Positions 1 to 7,764 of a DNA stretch of 64,000 nucleotides are shown here, one piece after another (position 1 is the stretch's first letter; the number at the start of each line of letters is the position of its first letter). The stretch is from NCBI GenBank assembly GCA_002010665.1, contig MTON01000024.1:76999-140998 (forward strand). The letters are read 5' to 3'. This stretch comes from Candidatus Aminicenantes bacterium JdFR-78. GTDB lineage: Bacteria > Acidobacteriota > Aminicenantia > JdFR-78. The notes under the pieces are model-generated. The model did no database searches, was not told the DNA's origin, and saw only the letters and a program-made list of their open reading frames with translations. The translations under genes and the position numbers were made by a program.

Positions 1-180
1 TTTTACCATAGTTGTATAGGTTGTCCCATATTCCATAGATATTTTAAAATCTTTTGGATCAATTTCTTTTCCCATGGCTCTGACATCAATTGCAGTGATT
101 CGAGGTGCTTTTATTTTTTCTAATGCTTTTATAACTTCATCAATCATTATTACTCTTACATAAGCCTTGATTAATTTCAT
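1..180 (-). CDS. P-II (GlnB-like) family small signalling protein; 3' end cut by the window edge
   Basis: Hand translation of the minus strand from ATG 180..178 gives MKLIKAYVRVIMIDEVIKALEKIKAPRITAIDVRAMGKEIDPKDFKISMEYGTTYTTMVK... The N-terminal pattern resembles P-II proteins (MK.IEAI....lD.V..AL). GGAGG lies 9 nt upstream, and the gene starts 5 nt after the stop of the M56 gene. It is absent from the ORF track because it runs off the window. Confidence 0.5.
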   Translation of the reverse strand, partial: MKLIKAYVRVIMIDEVIKALEKIKAPRITAIDVRAMGKEIDPKDFKISMEYGTTYTTMVK

Positions 181-185
181 TAGAT

Positions 186-1106
186 TTAACCTCCAAATTT
201 TGCTGTTTTCTCACAGCAATTATAAAAGTGAGATTTAGACTTGATCACCGAACATTCACAATTACTTGTTTTTGCATAAAATTGGGGTATTAAAAGCATA
301 TTAAAAACAATAATTAAAACAATTAATGTCATTAAAAACTTTTTAATAGGAAATTTAAAAGAAGTTTTCTGCCCATAAATCAATTCCTTTAATCTTGTTT
401 CTAGATTACTGCTATGCTTGAAAGCCCAAATCGTGGAATAAAGATTTTTTTTGCTTTCAGCCACTTTAATTAAGGCACTTGCAAGATGAAGAGGATGAAT
501 AAATGATGAAGCCATTTTATCTGCCTTTCTTTCTTGAATAGAAATTATATAATCTTTTAAGAAACCACTGATGGGTAAAAATAAAAAGAAATCCGAGATA
601 AAATTTATTAAGAATTTTCGTAATGGGTCTCTTTTTTGACAGTGAGAAATTTCATGATAAATGACTGCCTTAAGTTCGTCCTGATCCAATGATTTTATAA
701 GCCCAGTGGATAAATAAATTTTAGGTTTAATCAACCCTGCGGTAAAAGAAAGTTTTATTAAATCATTTTCAAAAATGTTTATTTTATTTATCATCTTGGA
801 AAAAACTGGAGATTCAGAAAGACAAATTTTTATTATTTTTTTATATTTATTTTCATTATTAATTAAATTAAGGCTGTTTATAAATTTTTTCTCTTTGAAA
901 AGATTTTGAAGCTGTTTTAAAAAAGAAAATACAAAAAGGAAACCCAATATTAAAATAAAAATATTTGAGATTGAATTAACAATATTAAAAAGGATATTTT
1001 TACAAAAATAAATTATATGGTGACAATTTTTTATTGTTAAAATCATAGCAAGTATTGTTATAGAAAAGAAAATGATTGAATAAAAAAAGAGCTTAAAAAT
1101 TTTCAT
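186..1106 (-). CDS. BlaR1/MecR1-like M56-family membrane zinc protease without a penicillin-binding sensor domain; Cys-rich C-terminal tail
   Basis: HEISH (HExxH) is encoded at nt 642..656. There are several hydrophobic segments. It overlaps the upstream BlaI-type repressor gene by 4 nt, the classic blaI-blaR1 pairing. The protein ends ...AKTSNCECSVIKSKSHFYNCCEKTAKFGG. At 306 aa it is too short to hold a transpeptidase-like sensor domain. Confidence 0.7.
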   Translation of the reverse strand: MKIFKLFFYSIIFFSITILAMILTIKNCHHIIYFCKNILFNIVNSISNIFILILGFLFVFSFLKQLQNLFKEKKFINSLNLINNENKYKKIIKICLSESPVFSKMINKINIFENDLIKLSFTAGLIKPKIYLSTGLIKSLDQDELKAVIYHEISHCQKRDPLRKFLINFISDFFLFLPISGFLKDYIISIQERKADKMASSFIHPLHLASALIKVAESKKNLYSTIWAFKHSSNLETRLKELIYGQKTSFKFPIKKFLMTLIVLIIVFNMLLIPQFYAKTSNCECSVIKSKSHFYNCCEKTAKFGG

Positions 1107-1531
1107 TTCTTACACAATTCTTTTTTCTTTTTCTCGATAATCGAGGATAATTGCTCTAAGGTTTTAGGGTCATAATCAGATAAAATGTCAATCAGAAACG
1201 CGATGGTAGCACTTTCAGAAAAGTCGAGCACCCCTTTTAATATCCGTTCATAAATGTATTTTGTAAATTCTTCTTTATCTAAAGTTGCACTATAGAGATA
1301 TATTTCGTCTTTCTTTTTTTTATTCACCAATCCTTTCTTAACCATTCTCTGGAGAACTGTTAAGACTGTTGTATATGCAACCTTCTTTTCTTTTGATACT
1401 CTTTCAAAGACCTCTCTTCCTGTGAGTTCTTTTCCTTCCCATAAAACATTGAGAACTTTTTCCTCTAATTCGCCTAAAAATTTTTTTAATCCCCTTTTTT
1501 CTGGTTTAAACGAAAATTTAATTTTTTTCAT
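1103..1531 (-). CDS. BlaI/MecI/CopY-family winged-helix transcriptional repressor
   Basis: LGELEEKVLNVLWEGKELTGREVFERV...YTTVLTVLQRMVKKGLV is typical of the penicillinase-repressor family. The ORF track starts at TTG 1540, but a TATAAT at 1546..1551 sits only 5 nt upstream. ATG 1531 on a leaderless or near-leaderless mRNA is therefore more plausible. The C-terminus has a single Cys and no CopY CxCx4CxC motif. Confidence 0.8.
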   Translation of the reverse strand: MKKIKFSFKPEKRGLKKFLGELEEKVLNVLWEGKELTGREVFERVSKEKKVAYTTVLTVLQRMVKKGLVNKKKKDEIYLYSATLDKEEFTKYIYERILKGVLDFSESATIAFLIDILSDYDPKTLEQLSSIIEKKKKELCKK

Positions 1532-1545
1532 TTTTTTCAACCTTA

Positions 1546-1574
1546 ATTATATTCTACAATATGTAGAATGTCAA
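1546..1574 (-). promoter_or_regulatory. Sigma-70-type promoter of the blaI-blaR1-PII genes, with an operator dyad filling the spacer
   Basis: The minus strand reads TTGACA-TTCTACATATTGTAGAA-TATAAT (17-nt spacer). The spacer is the inverted repeat TTCTACA-N3-TGTAGAA and contains a TACA/TGTA core like BlaI/CopY boxes. The same arrangement recurs at 7624..7652. Confidence 0.65.
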
Positions 1575-1577
1575 TAT

Positions 1578-4500
1578 TTATTTCTTATTTCCTTTATTAA
1601 TTTTCTTTATTTCCCTTCTAAGTTTCCAGCTTTTCCATACAAAATATATAGCTGGAAGCACTAAAAGAGTCAAAATTGTGGAAGAAATCATGCCTCCTAC
1701 CATTGGGGTGGCAATTCTTTTCATAACTTGTGAGCCTGTGCCATGCCCCCAGAATATTGGGAGTAAGCCTCCAATAATAGCACTTACAGTCATTATAATC
1801 GGCCTAACTCGTCGACCAGCACCCTCTATTACTCCTGTTTTTACATCTTCAATACTTCTCAATTCTCCGTGTGTAAGTCTCCTGCGATAGGCTTGGTCTA
1901 AGTATACTAACATTATAACCCCAATTTCCGCTGTTACTCCTGCTAGAGCGATAAAACCTACACCTACTGCAACGCTCATATTGTAGCCAAGAATATACAT
2001 GAACCATATTCCACCAACCAATGAGAAAGGAAGAGTTACCATAACAATTAAACTCTCTGTTATATTTTTAAAATTAAAATAAAGTAATAAGAAAATAATT
2101 ATTAATGTTATTGGAACGACTATTCTTAGACGTTTTTGAGCTCTTTGCATATATTCATATTGACCACTCCAGACTATACTATAGCCGGGAGGGAAGTCTA
2201 TTCTTTCATTAACAATTTTTTGGGCGCGTTTTACATAGGTTCCTACATCTATATCTTTTATATCTATATAGAGCCAGGCTGTTTTACGAGCATTTTCACT
2301 TTTAATCACTGGAGGTCCTTTTCTAATTTTAATTTTCGCAACTTGACCAATTGGAATCTGTGCACCTGTTGGAGTAGGGATAAGGATTCTTTCTAAGTCT
2401 GAGAGAGAATCCCTTAATTCTCTACTGTATCTTAAATTGACTGGATAACGCTCTGAGCCTTCAACTGTATAGGTTATATTCATACCTCCAACTGCAGACA
2501 TGATAACATCCTGCACGTCGCCAACTGTAAGACCGTATCGTGCTGCTTCTTCACGGTCAATTTCAAAATCTAAGTAATTTCCACCAATAGTTTTGTCAGG
2601 AAAAACACTCAAGGTCCCAGGTATTTCTTTAATAACTGCTGCTATTTTCTGAGCTAACTCAGATAAAACTTTTAAATCATCACCCATGAGTTTTATACCC
2701 ACAGGGGTTTTTATCCCTGTTGAGAGCATATCAATCCGAGTTTTTATTGGCATTGTCCATGCATTTGTGAGACCCGGAAACTGAATTGCTCTATCAAGTT
2801 CCTCAATCAGTTTTTCCATGGTCATTCCTGGTCTCCATTTTTCTTTCGGTTTGAGTATAATCGTAGTCTCAATCATTGATAGGGGAGCTGGGTCAGTTGC
2901 AGTCTCAGCACGACCAATTTTGCCAAATACACTTTCAACTTCTGGAAAACTTTTAATGATTTTGTCAGTTTGTTGTAGAAGTTCTTTAGCTTTAGTAATA
3001 CTTATTCCAGGATCAGTAGTGGGCATATAAAGTAAATCACCTTCATTTAAAGGAGGCATAAATTCAGAGCCAATGCGCTTATATGGAAAAAGAGTAATAA
3101 GCAAAATCAGAAGAGCTATTGAAATTGTGGTTTTTCTGAAGCGAAGGACAAAGCGAATTACAGGTTGATAAATTTTCAGAAGAATCCAGTTAATTGGATT
3201 TTTTTGTTCAGGAATAATTTTTCCTCTTATTAAATACCCCATAAGAACAGGCACAATAGTTATAGATAACAATGAGGCGGCTGCCATTGCATAAGTTTTT
3301 GTAAATGCAAGGGGTTTGAATAACCTACCTTCTTGTGCTTGAAGAGTAAAAACCGGCATAAAGGAAACAGTGATTATAAGCAGGGAGAAAAATAATGCCG
3401 GTCCTACTTCTTTTGAGGCTTCAGTAACAATTAGCCAGCGATTCTTTTTTCCTCCTTCGTGTTCTAAATGTTTATGAGTATTTTCTATCATTACAATTGC
3501 TGCATCCACCATTGCTCCAATTGCGATTGCAATTCCTCCAAGAGACATAATATTTGCATTTAGTCCCTGAAAGTACATAATTAAGAACGAAATTAAAATT
3601 CCCATGGGAAGTGTAAAAATTGCAACAAAAGCACTTCGGAAATGTAGAAGGAAAATAATACATACAAGAGCAACAATAATACACTCTTCAATTAATTTAA
3701 CCTTTAAAGTATTTATCGCATTTTTAATCAATTTAGAACGATCATAAGCTGGTTTAATTTTTACTCCTTTTGGGAGTCCCTTTTCAAGTTCTTTTAGTTT
3801 CTTTTTAACATTTTCTATTACCTTTAAGGCATTTTCTCCATAGCGCATTACAATAATTCCACCAACTATTTCACCCTCTCCATTCCATTCAGCAAGTCCT
3901 CTGCGTAGCTCAGGACCTAAATGGATATTTGCAACATTTTTGAGAAGAATTGGAGTTCCTTTTTTATCAACTCCTAATGGTATATTTTCAAGATCTTTGA
4001 TAGATTTAATGTAACCCAAACCGCGAACCATAAATTCTGTTTCGCCCATTTCAATCAGTCTTCCACCCACATCATTGTTACTTCGAAGAATTGCTCTTTT
4101 GACCTTAGAGAGAGGAATTCCATATGCTAAAAGTTTATTTGGATCAACTTCCACCTGGTATTGTTTTACATAGCCTCCGATGCTTGCTACCTCTGCTACA
4201 CCTGGGACACTAGAAAGTTCATATCTAAGGAACCAGTCCTGAATGGAGCGTAACTCTGCAAGGTCATATTTATTCCCTCCATCAAGAACATACTCGTAAA
4301 CCCATCCAACACCAGTAGCATCTGGACCTAAAGTAGGAGTTACTCCTGGAGGAAGACGATTGGCTACATAATTTAGATATTCTAAAACTCTACTTCTAGC
4401 CCAATACAAATCTGTTCCATCCTCGAAAATAATATAAACCATTGAAAAACCAAAGAATGAATAACCACGAACTACCTTTGCATAAGGAACGGCAAGCATT

Positions 4501-4715
4501 GCTGTTGTTAGAGGATATGTAATTTGGTCTTCAACAACCTGGGGAGCTTGACCAGGATATTCTGTGAAAATTATGACCTGGACATCACTGAGATCAGGTA
4601 TAGCATCAATAGGAGTATTCATCATTGCATAAATACCTGCAAGAGCAATAATCACGGTAAATGTAATTATGATAAACCTGTTGTTAACTGAAAACTCTAT
4701 GATTTTCTTAAGCAT
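1578..4715 (-). CDS. cusA: Heavy-metal efflux RND pump, CusA/CzcA family
   Basis: 1045 aa with 12-TM RND architecture. The N-terminus MLKKIIEFSVNNRFIIITFTVII..GIYAMMNTPIDAIPDLSDVQVII is typical of the HME-RND family. It follows an MFP gene and a TolC-like gene. Confidence 0.93.
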   Translation of the reverse strand: MLKKIIEFSVNNRFIIITFTVIIALAGIYAMMNTPIDAIPDLSDVQVIIFTEYPGQAPQVVEDQITYPLTTAMLAVPYAKVVRGYSFFGFSMVYIIFEDGTDLYWARSRVLEYLNYVANRLPPGVTPTLGPDATGVGWVYEYVLDGGNKYDLAELRSIQDWFLRYELSSVPGVAEVASIGGYVKQYQVEVDPNKLLAYGIPLSKVKRAILRSNNDVGGRLIEMGETEFMVRGLGYIKSIKDLENIPLGVDKKGTPILLKNVANIHLGPELRRGLAEWNGEGEIVGGIIVMRYGENALKVIENVKKKLKELEKGLPKGVKIKPAYDRSKLIKNAINTLKVKLIEECIIVALVCIIFLLHFRSAFVAIFTLPMGILISFLIMYFQGLNANIMSLGGIAIAIGAMVDAAIVMIENTHKHLEHEGGKKNRWLIVTEASKEVGPALFFSLLIITVSFMPVFTLQAQEGRLFKPLAFTKTYAMAAASLLSITIVPVLMGYLIRGKIIPEQKNPINWILLKIYQPVIRFVLRFRKTTISIALLILLITLFPYKRIGSEFMPPLNEGDLLYMPTTDPGISITKAKELLQQTDKIIKSFPEVESVFGKIGRAETATDPAPLSMIETTIILKPKEKWRPGMTMEKLIEELDRAIQFPGLTNAWTMPIKTRIDMLSTGIKTPVGIKLMGDDLKVLSELAQKIAAVIKEIPGTLSVFPDKTIGGNYLDFEIDREEAARYGLTVGDVQDVIMSAVGGMNITYTVEGSERYPVNLRYSRELRDSLSDLERILIPTPTGAQIPIGQVAKIKIRKGPPVIKSENARKTAWLYIDIKDIDVGTYVKRAQKIVNERIDFPPGYSIVWSGQYEYMQRAQKRLRIVVPITLIIIFLLLYFNFKNITESLIVMVTLPFSLVGGIWFMYILGYNMSVAVGVGFIALAGVTAEIGVIMLVYLDQAYRRRLTHGELRSIEDVKTGVIEGAGRRVRPIIMTVSAIIGGLLPIFWGHGTGSQVMKRIATPMVGGMISSTILTLLVLPAIYFVWKSWKLRREIKKINKGNKK

Positions 4716-4732
4716 TATAAATTCTCCATTAC

Positions 4733-6271
4733 TTATTTAATTTTTTGTATTTTCTCTTCAATCATTTTTTGAATAGCTTCCTGAATTCTGCTTTCAGAAT
4801 CCAATAAAAATTGAGCAGAAGTTACAATTTCTTCACCTTCTAAAAGACCTTGAATAACTTGAACATAATTATTTTCACCTTCCACTCCCAGTTTGATTTC
4901 TCGAGGTTCAAATTTACCCTCTCCTCTAACAACAAATACTATGTTCCGTTCTCCGGTGCGAATTACAGCATTATCTGGTATTATAAGTGTATTCTTTTTA
5001 ACTGGAGCATGTATGCGAATATTTGCATACATATTTGGTTTAAGTTCAAGATTAGGATTAGGGAAAATTAATCTGACTTTTACATCTCTTGTTTTTTCTT
5101 TTAAAAACGGATAAATATAATCAACTTTTCCTTTAAATATTTTTCCTGGAATATAAGAAAGTTCCATTTCCGCTTCCTGTCCAACCTTAACCCATGGAAG
5201 TTCGTATTCATAAACTGTAACATAAACCCATACAGTTGAAAGGTCTGCAATGTGAAAAAGGTCCATTCCTTCCTTTACAAACATACCTTCTTCTACATTT
5301 TTATGAATTACTATTCCATTGACAGGAGAAAGGAGTTTCATAGTTTTGACAATTGTTCCTCTTTTCTCTAAAGCCTCAATTTCTGATTTTGGAATATCCC
5401 AGAGTTCAAGCCTACGCTTTGTGGATTTTACCAGTGATTCAGCACTTTCTCTTATTTCTTTAAATGGACTTTCTTTTACCAACTCAAAATTTTTTAATGC
5501 TGAAAGATATTCCTCTTGTGTAGAGACAAGTTCAGGAGAATAAATTTCAAGGAGTATGTCTCCTTTTTTTACTTCTTGGCCTTTATAATTTACATATAAT
5601 TTTTCTATCCAGCCTGATATTTTAGTATTTATCCGATAAAGTTTTCTCTCATCGTAATCAATTGTTCCCACTGTTCTAATAATTCTTCTAAGGTCACCTC
5701 TTTTAACTTTTGTTGTTTTAACACCAATATTTTGAACAGTAATAGGGTCAATTGTTATAACTCCACCCCTTCCTAAAACCTGTTCATCTTCATAAACAGG
5801 AATCAAATCCATGCCCATTTTTGATTTGCCTGGATGATCATATATTTCTGTCGGATCCATAGGTGCTCTCCAGTAAAGAATTTTTCTTTTATCTTTAGGT
5901 TTTTTGGCTGGAGTTGTCTTTTTTATTGGAACTAACTTCATTCCGCATTTTGGACAATCACCGGGTTTATCTACTATGACTTCTGGATGCATGGGACATG
6001 TCCATAATTGAATTTCTTGTTTAGGACTCTCTTTTTCTATACCAAAGGTTCTTTTTACTGGGACTAATTTCATTCCACATTTAGGACAATCTCCCGGCTC
6101 TTCCAAAATTACTTCAGGATGCATTGGACAAGTCCATAGCTGAATTTCTTTTTCAGTTTTTTCAACACCTTCAATATTTTTTGATTTGATAAAATAAACA
6201 GCTAATCCTCCAATTATTATCCCAGTTAAAAAAACAGTAAAAATGATTAAAATTGATTTCTTAAAATTCAT
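4733..6271 (-). CDS. cusB: Efflux RND periplasmic adaptor (CusB/MFP) with repeated N-terminal metal-binding modules
   Basis: Barrel-sandwich/lipoyl-type MFP core (…GDILLEIYSPELVSTQEEY…). The N-terminal TM is followed by two copies of QLWTCPMHPEVI..PGDCPKCGMKLVP and a degenerate third copy (YWRAPMDPTEIYDHPGKSKMGMDLIPV). Confidence 0.9.
   Translation of the reverse strand: MNFKKSILIIFTVFLTGIIIGGLAVYFIKSKNIEGVEKTEKEIQLWTCPMHPEVILEEPGDCPKCGMKLVPVKRTFGIEKESPKQEIQLWTCPMHPEVIVDKPGDCPKCGMKLVPIKKTTPAKKPKDKRKILYWRAPMDPTEIYDHPGKSKMGMDLIPVYEDEQVLGRGGVITIDPITVQNIGVKTTKVKRGDLRRIIRTVGTIDYDERKLYRINTKISGWIEKLYVNYKGQEVKKGDILLEIYSPELVSTQEEYLSALKNFELVKESPFKEIRESAESLVKSTKRRLELWDIPKSEIEALEKRGTIVKTMKLLSPVNGIVIHKNVEEGMFVKEGMDLFHIADLSTVWVYVTVYEYELPWVKVGQEAEMELSYIPGKIFKGKVDYIYPFLKEKTRDVKVRLIFPNPNLELKPNMYANIRIHAPVKKNTLIIPDNAVIRTGERNIVFVVRGEGKFEPREIKLGVEGENNYVQVIQGLLEGEEIVTSAQFLLDSESRIQEAIQKMIEEKIQKIK
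5795..6148 (-). repeat. Intragenic tandem duplication encoding CPMHP...CPKCGM metal-binding modules of CusB
   Basis: Residues 42-72 and 86-116 are near-identical at protein level and clearly similar at DNA level, with a period of 44 codons. A third diverged unit covers residues 131-159. Confidence 0.7.
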
Positions 6272-6292
6272 TGTTCATACTCCTTATTATCA

Positions 6293-7582
6293 TTATTCTT
6301 CATTGGTTAGCTGTTTTCCTATAATAGCTTCCAGTTCAGCTAATTTTTTTTCAAAATCTGTTAGAATCCGATAATAATCAATTTCATAATTGAATAATGT
6401 TACCTGATTGTGTAATAATGTAATGAAATCTATTTTGTCTACCTGATATCCTGAAATTGCTGAATTTAAAGACTGCGTGGCTTGAGGAATTATGCCAGTT
6501 TTATATAACTCAATGAGTTCTTCATCTCTTTTTAATTGTTCTAAAATATTTTCGATTTGAAAAAATATCTCATTTTTAAGGCTGTTATATTGTTCCTTAC
6601 TCATAGCAATATTTAACGCAGTCTCTTCAATTTTTTTCTTTTGTTTACGGCTAAAATATAAAGGGATATTAAAAGAAACCATGCCAGAGAAAAAATCGTA
6701 CATTTTCATTCCGGTTTTTAAATCCTCTCTTTGGGTATAAGAGAAACTTAAATTGAAGTTTGGAAAATAGTCCTTTTTAGCTAACTCATAGGCTAATTCA
6801 TACTTTTTGATTATATACTCCCATGCCTTTAATAAAGGGCGATTTTCAAGTGCAATTTGTTTTAGTTTTTCTAAACTCAAATTGAATTTAGATTTTTTTA
6901 TTTCTAGTATTTTTCCTAATGGACTTTCCGGTGGTCTATTTAATAAAGTATTTAATCTTGCCTTAATAGTTTCTCTTTTTTGCTGAAGATTAATTAATTT
7001 TTCTATAAGTTTAGATAGCTCCACCTGTGCTTTTAACACATCCTGCTGAAGCCCTTTTCCTACCGAATATTTAGTTTCAGCAATTTTAACGAATTGTTGC
7101 AACAGTAATTTATTTTTTCTAGTTATCTCTATGGATTTATCAATGAAAAAGAGGTCATAAAAAGTAATTTTAACATTTTTTATTATTGTATTTCTTAGAT
7201 CTTTGTAATTTTGTCCAACAGAGTTGTATTCGCTAAGGGCGATTTTTTCCTTTAATTTTAATTTTCCTGGAAATGGAATCATTTGCATAATAGATAATTT
7301 TTTTCCAGTCATTGGCTCTTGATTAAAATCAAAACTATTTACGGGAAGATTCATAAGACCTAATGAGATTACGGGGTCTGGTAATGCACCTGCTTGTGGT
7401 ATTTTTTCTCTATAAGCTTCCCATTTCTTTCTTGCAGCAATGATTTGAGGATTATTATTTAAAGCTTCATTAATAAGCTCATTAAGATTAAGTATAGATT
7501 CAATATTTCCAAGAGAATTGCCTGCCAGTAGAATGATGAGTATTAATAAACCATATATTTGATTTAATATTTTCTTGTTCAT
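6293..7582 (-). CDS. TolC-family outer-membrane efflux protein (CusC-like)
   Basis: 429 aa with a signal-like N-terminus. It has two coiled-coil/barrel repeats typical of OEP-family proteins and is the first gene of the cusBA operon. Confidence 0.85.
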   Translation of the reverse strand: MNKKILNQIYGLLILIILLAGNSLGNIESILNLNELINEALNNNPQIIAARKKWEAYREKIPQAGALPDPVISLGLMNLPVNSFDFNQEPMTGKKLSIMQMIPFPGKLKLKEKIALSEYNSVGQNYKDLRNTIIKNVKITFYDLFFIDKSIEITRKNKLLLQQFVKIAETKYSVGKGLQQDVLKAQVELSKLIEKLINLQQKRETIKARLNTLLNRPPESPLGKILEIKKSKFNLSLEKLKQIALENRPLLKAWEYIIKKYELAYELAKKDYFPNFNLSFSYTQREDLKTGMKMYDFFSGMVSFNIPLYFSRKQKKKIEETALNIAMSKEQYNSLKNEIFFQIENILEQLKRDEELIELYKTGIIPQATQSLNSAISGYQVDKIDFITLLHNQVTLFNYEIDYYRILTDFEKKLAELEAIIGKQLTNEE

Positions 7583-7623
7583 TTCAACCTTCCTTAAATT
7601 TATTCATCTAATTTAAGAGAAGA

Positions 7624-7652
7624 ATTCTATACTACATATTGTAGAATGTCAA
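7624..7652 (-). promoter_or_regulatory. Sigma-70-type promoter of tolC-cusB-cusA, with the same operator dyad in the spacer
   Basis: The minus strand reads TTGACA-TTCTACAATATGTAGTA-TAGAAT (17-nt spacer). The dyad is CTACA-N3-TGTAG. It is nearly identical to the 1546..1574 promoter, and AAGGAAGG lies upstream of the tolC ATG. Confidence 0.65.
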
Positions 7653-7690
7653 GATTTTTTATAAAAAATGTAAAAAATATTTTATTAATT

Positions 7691-7720
7691 AAAAATTATT
7701 CTTAATTAAAAATAATTCTT
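7691..7720. promoter_or_regulatory. Candidate Fur/PerR box overlapping the -35 of the fur-family gene promoter
   Basis: The AT-rich 13-mer AAAAAT(T/A)ATTCTT occurs twice (7691..7703 and 7708..7720). There is also a 7-bp inverted repeat AATTATT/AATAATT (7694..7700 and 7711..7717). It is not a clean 7-1-7 Fur box. Confidence 0.3.
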
Positions 7721-7747
7721 GACAAAAAGAAATTTTTGATTTATATT
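7719..7747 (+). promoter_or_regulatory. Sigma-70-type promoter of the oxidative-stress operon
   Basis: TTGACA (7719..7724), a 17-nt spacer, then TATATT (7742..7747). It lies 18 nt upstream of ATG 7765. Confidence 0.5.
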
Positions 7748-7764
7748 TGGTATTGTATATTGTA

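Noticed and set aside
1422-3684. ORF-track entries 1422..1664(+), 1678..1890(+), 2136..2396(+), 2818..3030(+) and 3472..3684(-)
   Set aside because: All lie inside or antisense to cusA or blaI. They have low-complexity, Cys/Phe/Ile-rich translations typical of shadow ORFs in AT-rich DNA and no RBS.
4850-5543. Plus-strand ORFs 4850..5071, 4893..5114 and 5319..5543
   Set aside because: They are antisense shadows within cusB and have no family resemblance.
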